Part shown: positions 56,439 to 64,000 of the stretch, in pieces
Position numbering within the stretch: position 1 is the first letter of the stretch
How the letters are laid out: each line of letters begins with the position of its first letter
NCBI GenBank assembly: GCA_051252375.1
Contig: JBPOFY010000002.1
Coordinates: 192,001 to 256,000, forward strand
Source of the DNA: Opitutaceae bacterium
GTDB taxonomy: Bacteria > Verrucomicrobiota > Verrucomicrobiia > Opitutales > Coraliomargaritaceae
Length of the DNA: 64,000 nucleotides
Reading direction: 5' to 3'
Made by a program: the position numbers and the translations under genes
The notes under the pieces: generated by a model
Database searches by the model: none
What the model saw: the letters and a program-made list of their open reading frames with translations, nothing else
What the model was told of the DNA's origin: nothing

Positions 56439-57956
56439 CTAAAACACGATCTTTACCATGTCGGGCAGACGGGTCTGCATCGCTTTAGGAACCACGATGC
56501 GTAAGGCGGAATTACGGAATTCGAAATCGATCGGCTCACCTGTTCGCAATAAGGTCACAGATGTTGGTTCGGTCACATCAGTGATAAAGATAACACCTTC
56601 CTGATCGTGTAAGGAATAGTAGGTATTTCCGCGCTTAGTGGTGTAGTTTTGCGTTTTATCCAGCATTGGAAGTGGTGCGTCTTGATCGACATCGTATGTC
56701 GCCTCTTTTGAATGCGCCATCCAACGTTCCATCTCTTGGCAGACCCCGTAAAACCAGTCCATCATACTGCCATCACCACGTGGTGGCACGTTGACGAGGA
56801 GATTGCCACCTAGCGAACGGCAACGGATCAGCTCAGTCAGCAATGTGTTCGTATCCCAGTGGTTGGTTTCGCATTCGATGCCGTAGTGCCAGTTTGGGGT
56901 ATGGCTGTTCTCAGATTTTTGGCAAGTCTCCCACCACCAGCGCGCTTCGTTTGTCACTTTGAGATTGTGGCTGGCGGCCTGGTGAGCGCCTTCGGGCGTC
57001 GCGATATTTCCACGAGCAACAAAGACGTTGGGCTGCATCACAGCTAGTTCATCTTCGCTCATCGCGACACTGCCATCCCACCAGACCACATCGATCTGAC
57101 CGTAGTTTGTCATGAGTTCGCGAACCTGTCCGATCGACTCTGCCTTCTCGGCTGCGCTCGAAGTCGCCATCAGTGAGGTCAGCTTGGTATCCGGTGCGAC
57201 CTTCTCGTGCTTGTAATTCACCTTATATTCCTTACTCGGCGGAAACATGAACTCTCGATTCTTGTAGTCGTAGTGCCAGTTCGGTCCGGAGTAATAGAAG
57301 CCGATACGCATGCCGTGTTTCCGTGATGCTTCGACGTAGTCTTTCACTAAGTCACGTCCGCCCATATAGTCGCCAGTGTCCCATGTGCCATATTCACTCG
57401 GCCACAGCGCGTAACCATCGTGGTGGCGGGTCGTGAGCACTGAGTAACCGAAGCCAGCCTTGCTTGCCGCAGCGAACCATTTATCGGGATCGTAGTTTTC
57501 CGGGTTCCAGGTTTCTGCTACTGCAAACATCTCCTCAGGGAGTTGCATAAAGCGCTTCGCTTTCTCCTTCTTGTCCGACCATACCATTGCCCACGCATCA
57601 CCGGTTTGCGGATTCTCGCTGGTCAGCCCCCAGTGTAGGAAAAGCCCTAGGCCTGACTTGCGAAACCAGTCCCATTCTGGGTGATTCTCGGCCATTATAA
57701 CCCGTCTAGCAGTGAGCTTATGGTGCAGGTTCTCCTTCGCCCAAGCGCGCAGCTCTTCGGGACTGCGACCAGTCCAATTATCTTTGCCCTCGCCCGCATG
57801 CTGTGTGGCACGAGCCAGTTCAAATGGGTCCTCGCCGAGCTCCTCTTTGGCAATTAGTCCAAAGGGCAATAGAATCGATAAGGATAAGAATAGATACGGT
57901 TTAAACATTATATCGAGTGCAGGGTTTTTAGCCATAAAAATGTTAGTATTAAACAT
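56439..57956 (-). CDS. Alpha-L-fucosidase (GH29), divergent (start uncertain)
   Basis: LGLFLHWG, TTRHHDGYALW, VWWDG, GGNLLVNVPP. Confidence 0.85.
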   Translation of the reverse strand: MFNTNIFMAKNPALDIMFKPYLFLSLSILLPFGLIAKEELGEDPFELARATQHAGEGKDNWTGRSPEELRAWAKENLHHKLTARRVIMAENHPEWDWFRKSGLGLFLHWGLTSENPQTGDAWAMVWSDKKEKAKRFMQLPEEMFAVAETWNPENYDPDKWFAAASKAGFGYSVLTTRHHDGYALWPSEYGTWDTGDYMGGRDLVKDYVEASRKHGMRIGFYYSGPNWHYDYKNREFMFPPSKEYKVNYKHEKVAPDTKLTSLMATSSAAEKAESIGQVRELMTNYGQIDVVWWDGSVAMSEDELAVMQPNVFVARGNIATPEGAHQAASHNLKVTNEARWWWETCQKSENSHTPNWHYGIECETNHWDTNTLLTELIRCRSLGGNLLVNVPPRGDGSMMDWFYGVCQEMERWMAHSKEATYDVDQDAPLPMLDKTQNYTTKRGNTYYSLHDQEGVIFITDVTEPTSVTLLRTGEPIDFEFRNSALRIVVPKAMQTRLPDMVKIVF

Positions 57957-58019
57957 AGTTGGTCAATTCTCGATAATCTTTTCAAGGCAAATAAGCAGAA
58001 GGCGATTTGCCCTCCCCCC

Positions 58020-59516
58020 TTAGTGCATGTTTGGATTTTGTTTGCCGCGCTTAAAGTCTTTCTCATCGAGCGGGATGCTACGGTCAAAGAGCGCGGGGTA
58101 AGTTTGGTAGCGACTACCCGGAATGGCCTCAGTCTTCCACTGGCTCAGTTCAGAGTCATACTTCTTACGCATGACGTTCAACAAGGAGGCTGCCTCCGGA
58201 TTGGTAGCGAGGTTGGTCATCTCCAAAGGATCTTTACCGATGTGAAAGAGTTCCTCGGTCGGCTCCATCTCGTCATTTCCATACCACCAGTAGGTGTATT
58301 TCACATCCTTAGTCACCACGGTCAGGCTCTTTGTGGCATCTGGGCCAAAGACATTGATGAAAGCCAGTTGCTCACGAAGATCCTGAGAGGAATCTTTCAA
58401 CAAAGGAACCAGACTCACGCCGTCCACATTTTCTGGGATCGGCAAGCCGGCCAGTTCTAAAATAGTGGGCGCGAAATCGATATTGCCAGTCAACACAGGG
58501 CTACGCTCTTTCTTGCCTGCACTTGGGCTACGTGGGTCGTAAATCATCAACGGAGCACGCGCCGATTCTTCAAGCGGCAGCACTTTCGAGCCGTAACCAT
58601 GTGCACCGCAAAGGAAGCCATTATCGCTAGTGTAGATGACCACGGTATTCTCCGCGACACCTTGCGCTTCGAGCTCGTCTCGGATCATCCCCAAAGCAAC
58701 GTCGACCGCATAAATTTGCTGATAGTAAGTGGCCATGACCTTATCGTATTTATTATCATAGCCCCATTCCTCGAACCTAGGATACTGACGTCCTTGCTTA
58801 CTTTGCTCGGAGAGGTGCTCGCCACTTTCACGGCCGTAGTTTGCCGGTTTGGTGAATTTCTTGCCGGCATAGATATGATCAAACTGTGGGTCTGGAGTCG
58901 TCGGGCGGTGCGGTGCTTTGAAGCTGATGGAAAGGCAGAATGGTTTGTCTTGCTTGACTGCTTCGCGAATGAAGTCCTGCCCGAACGCACCATAAGAAAG
59001 CGTCGCATGCGGGTAGTCTTTGACATACTTAGCCATGGATTTATTCTTCGCAGTTGCATAGTCAGTCTGACCAGGTCCACCACCCCATGAGTCGAAATAT
59101 TCACTGCCGTCAAAACCCTTGCCCTCGATCTCGATACCGAACTTTCCGGCAAATGCAGTCAAGTAACCCGACTCCCGCAATAGCACGGGATACGTCTTCG
59201 ACCAGATTTCGGGAGACATATTACCATGCCCAAAATTCGTGCCGGTTTTGTATTCATACATCCCGGTAAAGACGTTGCCCCGGCTGGCCATACAAATCGC
59301 GGTCGTGTTATAGTGACGGTCAAATACGATGCCCTCTTCTCCAAGCTTATCCATATTTGGCGTCAGCACCTCAGGGTTGCCGTAAATACCAACCGAACCG
59401 AAGTTCTGGTCGTCTGCCATAAGGTAAACAATGTTCGGACGTGAATCGGCATAAGCCTGCTGTATCAGCGAGACGATAAAGACGGAGATAAAGAGTTTGA
59501 GGAATGCTGGTTTCAT
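58020..59516 (-). CDS. Secreted sulfatase (S1, CxAxR variant)
   Basis: [21 protein letters not shown]. Confidence 0.9.
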   Translation of the reverse strand: MKPAFLKLFISVFIVSLIQQAYADSRPNIVYLMADDQNFGSVGIYGNPEVLTPNMDKLGEEGIVFDRHYNTTAICMASRGNVFTGMYEYKTGTNFGHGNMSPEIWSKTYPVLLRESGYLTAFAGKFGIEIEGKGFDGSEYFDSWGGGPGQTDYATAKNKSMAKYVKDYPHATLSYGAFGQDFIREAVKQDKPFCLSISFKAPHRPTTPDPQFDHIYAGKKFTKPANYGRESGEHLSEQSKQGRQYPRFEEWGYDNKYDKVMATYYQQIYAVDVALGMIRDELEAQGVAENTVVIYTSDNGFLCGAHGYGSKVLPLEESARAPLMIYDPRSPSAGKKERSPVLTGNIDFAPTILELAGLPIPENVDGVSLVPLLKDSSQDLREQLAFINVFGPDATKSLTVVTKDVKYTYWWYGNDEMEPTEELFHIGKDPLEMTNLATNPEAASLLNVMRKKYDSELSQWKTEAIPGSRYQTYPALFDRSIPLDEKDFKRGKQNPNMH

Positions 59517-59568
59517 GTATGTTCAGTCAGGGATTAATGAATAGGCTTACGACACGATGGGTGATTAA

Positions 59569-60807
59569 CTAATCGAGTTCAACTAATACGGAGGAAATGG
59601 TATGCCCGCGCGAGTCTTTAAGGTTCACATAATAGATCTTCGCGCTGTCAGGGAGTTTCGCGTGAACGGTCTTCGTGGCAGCATCCACTTCGGCGGCGAT
59701 TGCCTGCCACGGACCGGGTCTGGAGTGTTTCGAATTTGGATCGAGCTGACGATAAGTGAGGGCTTCGTTGATATAATAGACCGTGGCTTCGACGACAGGG
59801 AAATCGGACGCATAGCTCAGCTCGACTTTCCTACCTGCTGGCTGCTTCGTAATGCGACCAAGCGCGACGGCCTCTCCCTTTAAAATAGCATCGGCAAAAG
59901 CGTAGATCTCCGGAACATCCTTTGGTCTCCATCCTGGTGGGTGGCCGTGGCTCATTCCGTGATGGATGGTCATGTAGGCGTGGTCAGCGGTCACTTCAAA
60001 ACTGCGCGAAGTGATATTAATTGAAAAGTGGCCGTCCGTGTCGCCATTGACCCAGAGCGTGGGCATGGAACCATCCGAAAAATGGCGAGCAGGATCCCAG
60101 AATTTCCGTTGCTCTAAATCCTCCTTATTACGCGCGCTCATATCTTTAAAGTGTCCTTTAGATTCGTAGAGAAAGCCCGCGCCATATACTGGCATCGCGC
60201 ATTTGAAACGATGGTCCACTCCAGAGACGAGGCTACTCAGGACCCCACCCCAAGATATCCCAGTGACTCCGACACGCTCCGCATCGACTTCCGGCAACGC
60301 ACGCATGAGCGAATGCGCGATCATGATGTCAGAGACAGCGTGATACATCCATTGCCCTTCGAGCGGCTTGCCAATATCGGCGAACATCGCCGCTCGCTGT
60401 GGCCCACTAAACTCGTGGCGCAGCTTGCCCTCGCCCTTCGCATCTGGCATGTGCCCTTCCAAGCTCATCGAGATCGCGGCATAGCCACGGTCGTTCCAGA
60501 TTTTGACCCACTCATGAAAAGCCTTACCGCCGCCACCGTGCACCAGAACCATCGCCGGCACCGGTTGATCACTCTTGGGGATGCCGAGATAGGCAAAAGC
60601 ACGTGTCGGCTTGCCCTCGTAGTCGAGCGTATCAAAAAAGATCGCTTGGATCTCGCCAATATCCTTCTCCGGCACACGATGCACCGCAGGTGCTTCATAC
60701 ACCGCTGGGTCTAACTGATCCTCTAGAGGCGTTTTAAAATCTAAAGCAGCGGAGAGTGCCACTGGGAGAATGGAGAGAACGCTGAGACTGATTCTGAGTG
60801 TATGCAT
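59569..60807 (-). CDS. Secreted alpha/beta-hydrolase, probable carbohydrate (acetyl)esterase
   Basis: LVHGGGG, GISWGG nucleophile elbow, D...H residues; signal peptide. Confidence 0.75.
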   Translation of the reverse strand: MHTLRISLSVLSILPVALSAALDFKTPLEDQLDPAVYEAPAVHRVPEKDIGEIQAIFFDTLDYEGKPTRAFAYLGIPKSDQPVPAMVLVHGGGGKAFHEWVKIWNDRGYAAISMSLEGHMPDAKGEGKLRHEFSGPQRAAMFADIGKPLEGQWMYHAVSDIMIAHSLMRALPEVDAERVGVTGISWGGVLSSLVSGVDHRFKCAMPVYGAGFLYESKGHFKDMSARNKEDLEQRKFWDPARHFSDGSMPTLWVNGDTDGHFSINITSRSFEVTADHAYMTIHHGMSHGHPPGWRPKDVPEIYAFADAILKGEAVALGRITKQPAGRKVELSYASDFPVVEATVYYINEALTYRQLDPNSKHSRPGPWQAIAAEVDAATKTVHAKLPDSAKIYYVNLKDSRGHTISSVLVELD

Positions 60808-60844
60808 TCGAGGTGAGGTCTAAGAGTTTACAGTGAATAATTTG

Positions 60845-62635
60845 CTAGAATGAGACTTCTAGCGCATAGCCATTCTCTCCGATCTTCTGATCAGAAAGAT
60901 TTATGTCGAGGGACTCATTCGATTGAGTCCAAGCAACAGGCTTTGAACTTCCGAGTAGTTTTACAGAACGGACTTTGCCAATTGAGTTACTCAAAGCTTC
61001 GATGCGAGCCCCCGACGCTTCCCCATTAAGCGACATGACATAAACTGTATCACCCTTTGCGCTGAACCAGAACTCAGTCGGCTTAGACTCGCTGTCTTTG
61101 ACCTTTTTGACGCCTTCGCTGAAAGTCGTCCAACGGGTGGTGCCAAAGATGGCTTCGCGGTTAGTCTGCACCCACTCGCCCATCTCGAGGAAGCTGGCGA
61201 CGCATGGCTCGGGCACTTCACCCTTCCCGGTCGGTCCGATATTGAGGAGGTAATTGCCGCCCTTGGAAACGATGTCGACGAAGTTGCGAAGCAACTGATT
61301 CCCACTTTGCCATTCGTGGTCTTGCGCTTTGAAGCCCCAAGAGTGGTTGGCAGTGCCGCAGGTTTCGAAGTGCTTGGCCGCAAGCTCGTTTTTAGCCGGA
61401 GTCTTGTTATCGCCCGCGTCGACATAATCACCGAAATCATAACCGACGCGGCGATTGACAACGATACTCGGGTTCAAATCGTAAACGAGTTTGTAGAAAT
61501 CGAATGCTTGCTTCTCGGTAATGAGCCCCTCCCCATCGAACCAAATAAGGCGTAGATCGGGCAGGTTCTCAATTAGCTCCGCGATCTGCGGGTAAGCCTT
61601 TTGCTCGAGATATTCTGCGTGCGTGCTACGGCTGGGATCCCAGAGATTTTTGCCGTTTGGACGTGTCGGAACATTATACTGATCGTTGACGGCCTTGACG
61701 TTGGCATAGTTGCCATCGCCGCCCTCACCCCAGTCGTTGCCATGCGAATAATAGACGCCGAAATCAAGACCCTCAGCGCGACAAGCATCGTAGAGCTCTT
61801 TAATCAAATCGCCGTCGTAGGGCGAAGCATCGGCGATATCAAAATCGGAGTGCTTCGAATCAAACAGCGCAAAGCCATCGTGATGCTTCGAAGTGATGAC
61901 GACGTAGTTCATACCCGTATCCTTCGCGAGCTTGGCGATATTTACGGCGAAAGATTTGTCGGGGTTAAAGTTCTTGGCGTATTCGCGATACTCCTCGCGT
62001 GAAATTTTGAAAGCAAACTGGATCCACTCAGCTACTTTTGGGCCATCGCCTTTTTCAATCGGCACGCCCTTCCAGCTACCAGCGGCTTCGGAGTAAACGC
62101 CCCAATGAATAAACATGCCGAAGCGCGCTTGTTCATACCACTCCATCGCCGCAACTTTCTCGGGCGACTCGTGCATTTTCAGCCACTTATCATAGTAGTG
62201 ACTAGAGCTAAGATGTATGCGGCTCTTGGTATAACCGCTGGGCACGAGGCGCACCTTTACAGGCATTACAGTCGATTCCACTACGACCAAATGGGCACCC
62301 TCTACGAGTGTCGCCGAGCTCTTATGCTCAGCCACCAGACCGTCTTCGATCATGTAAGCTTTATTCAATCGACCACTGAATCGCTCTTCCCCGATAGAAA
62401 CCTCGGCGGAGAGTTCGCCTTGAGCCGAATCAGGCGGATAGATAATCTGCACCGTGTAGTCACCGGGATGCACGACTTCAATCATCCAACTATACGCTTC
62501 ACCACGCATGTCGGCGGCAGCTCTCTCCAATATAATCGAGCTGTCGGGACGGTGAGTAATGACACCCATCTCTGCGCTAGCGATAGACGACAAACAAATG
62601 CCTAGAGTCAGGCACAACTTGAATACGATTTTCAT
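60845..62635 (-). CDS. Alpha-L-fucosidase (GH29) with extra N-terminal domain
   Basis: FGMFIHWG, TSKHHDGFALF, IWFDG, KGGNYLLNIGP; about 140 extra residues before the barrel. Confidence 0.9.
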   Translation of the reverse strand: MKIVFKLCLTLGICLSSIASAEMGVITHRPDSSIILERAAADMRGEAYSWMIEVVHPGDYTVQIIYPPDSAQGELSAEVSIGEERFSGRLNKAYMIEDGLVAEHKSSATLVEGAHLVVVESTVMPVKVRLVPSGYTKSRIHLSSSHYYDKWLKMHESPEKVAAMEWYEQARFGMFIHWGVYSEAAGSWKGVPIEKGDGPKVAEWIQFAFKISREEYREYAKNFNPDKSFAVNIAKLAKDTGMNYVVITSKHHDGFALFDSKHSDFDIADASPYDGDLIKELYDACRAEGLDFGVYYSHGNDWGEGGDGNYANVKAVNDQYNVPTRPNGKNLWDPSRSTHAEYLEQKAYPQIAELIENLPDLRLIWFDGEGLITEKQAFDFYKLVYDLNPSIVVNRRVGYDFGDYVDAGDNKTPAKNELAAKHFETCGTANHSWGFKAQDHEWQSGNQLLRNFVDIVSKGGNYLLNIGPTGKGEVPEPCVASFLEMGEWVQTNREAIFGTTRWTTFSEGVKKVKDSESKPTEFWFSAKGDTVYVMSLNGEASGARIEALSNSIGKVRSVKLLGSSKPVAWTQSNESLDINLSDQKIGENGYALEVSF

Positions 62636-62653
62636 AGTTTATGATTTCCGAGC

Positions 62654-63700
62654 TTACTCGCCATCCCACCCATCAATCTTCAGAAAATAACCGGCAGTCG
62701 AATCGTCATCATGACATGCGAGGAAAAGGTAATCCGGCTTGCCGTCTTTCCAAAGAATGTGAGGCCGCTCGCTACGAGCCAGTTTATGCCCAAAGTAAAT
62801 CTCGTTTGTTTGGTAGCCGACTTGAGGGATGCCCCAGTCGATGCCATCCTTGGATTTATAGATCAGTCCCGGACGATAACCGCCTGACTTAATCTCTTCA
62901 GCTGGGCGCAGATTCCCTTCAAGCATACCCTTAATATCGCGACGATCTTCAACGATCATGTAGTAATAACCATTATAGTAAAACGCATAGGGATCTTCGA
63001 TATCCTGCATGGTCTCGGCATAGCTAATGACAGGATTGTTTTCGTAATTCACATAGGGCCCATCAAGGGAGTCGCTCTCAACAAAAGAGATTTCACGAAT
63101 GCCTCTGCCCTTATACTTATCGGTCATCGACTTGTAGTAGATACGATATTTGCCCTCGGGTGTGACGACAAAAGTCGGGTTCGAAGCGTGGTTGATATTC
63201 GCCCCATACATTTTCCCCGAAGCCGGGATGATTGGGTTCAAGGGGTTCTCCGTCCATGGGCCTTCCAGCGAACTTGCGGTCGCGATACCGACTTCCTGCT
63301 TCGAACCATTTTCGTCTTTGTGAGGGTTATACAAGAAAACCATCACGTAGGTATCGCCGACCTTCGATATCTGAGGATTATGGTAGCTAGCATCCTCGCT
63401 GACAAAAACATCGCCCAACATCGTATAAGGCCCTTCGGGTTGATCCGCTACCCAGTGAACGATACGACTATTTTTGATCCAGCTGCCTTTCTTTTTAATA
63501 ATCGAATTGAAGATATGGAGCTTCCCATCCTCGTCATAGATCGGCGCCATCCCCCAAGTCCATTCACCTTCCTCGGACGGTAGGATGAAATCGATCGGTT
63601 TGAGCGATTTAGAAAAAGCGGATTCTTCTATAGAGTAAGTCAGCTGGCTAGAAATACCCATAATGAATGCGGCGACAGGAATCAGTTTATTGAAATTCAT
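62654..63700 (-). CDS. Five-bladed beta-propeller glycoside hydrolase (GH43/GH117-like)
   Basis: WGMAP, HNPQI, SNPTF, EDPY, ERPH blade motifs; signal peptide; start 63700 or 63718. Confidence 0.75.
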   Translation of the reverse strand: MNFNKLIPVAAFIMGISSQLTYSIEESAFSKSLKPIDFILPSEEGEWTWGMAPIYDEDGKLHIFNSIIKKKGSWIKNSRIVHWVADQPEGPYTMLGDVFVSEDASYHNPQISKVGDTYVMVFLYNPHKDENGSKQEVGIATASSLEGPWTENPLNPIIPASGKMYGANINHASNPTFVVTPEGKYRIYYKSMTDKYKGRGIREISFVESDSLDGPYVNYENNPVISYAETMQDIEDPYAFYYNGYYYMIVEDRRDIKGMLEGNLRPAEEIKSGGYRPGLIYKSKDGIDWGIPQVGYQTNEIYFGHKLARSERPHILWKDGKPDYLFLACHDDDSTAGYFLKIDGWDGE

Positions 63701-63761
63701 AATGCCACAGAGTAACACTTAAAAAATCACACGAATACCCCTTATATAAGTGATGTTAGTA

Positions 63762-63870
63762 AAGTAAAAGCTCGGCACGCCCCTAAACGTGCCGAGCTAC
63801 ATTATTCGCCCCCTAAAGCGAATAATGACCCTAAAACCCAGTTAGTTTGTTAATACTCCTAACTGGTATA
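63762..63870 (-). ncRNA. Candidate small RNA / leader with repeated TTTAGGG(G) motifs
   Basis: Three hairpins; two perfect stems (11 and 10 bp) with identical 8-nt loops; last stem followed by TTTACTTT. Confidence 0.5.
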
Positions 63871-64000
63871 CGGATTTAAACCTTACCAACTATCACCCGC
63901 AAGACTTTTTAACTGAACTTCAAAATATTTTACTATGTTCTTAAAATCGTTACGCCGCACAGGTGAGATAGCCTAGGTCGATAAACGCAACAACCTATAC

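Overview
Chromosomal segment of a probable marine Verrucomicrobiota (Opitutae/Coraliomargarita-Lentimonas-like) bacterium. The taxon is inferred from the PV-type microcompartment locus, the MurC-MurB fusion and the sulfatase/GH29 richness. Left to right: (i) 296-1367, three small minus-strand ORFs separated by decayed attC-like sites (fossil cassette array, no integrase); (ii) 1573-21796, a fucose/rhamnose catabolic block with a Planctomycetes-Verrucomicrobia BMC operon (pduL, 3 BMC-H, acetate kinase, 3 BMC-P, aldehyde dehydrogenase, class II aldolase, mdh), a divergent DeoR-kinase-lutABC-pfkB-epimerase run, a PAS-PP2C gene, AraC, fucI and fucU; (iii) 21829-22789, a yefM-yoeB toxin-antitoxin gene cassette with its own attC, 22 kb from the integron; (iv) a sulfatase and a complete dcw cluster (mraZ to ftsZ, minus strand); (v) 44671-51547, a complete chromosomal integron (451-aa IntI, attI, 8 cassettes, 8 attC) carrying SMI1/KNR4, DUF4062-LOTUS and PIN-like cargo; (vi) 51555-63718, a fucoidan-type cluster (3 GH29, 3 sulfatases, esterase, beta-propeller GH); (vii) 63762-63870, a candidate structured RNA with repeated TTTAGGG(G) loops. 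The most unusual signals are the recurrent GAT (not GTT) cassette cores, same-family attC cassettes on both flanks of the fucose/BMC block, the candidate defence cassettes and the candidate sRNA. All family assignments come from motif recognition by eye; no database searches were run.
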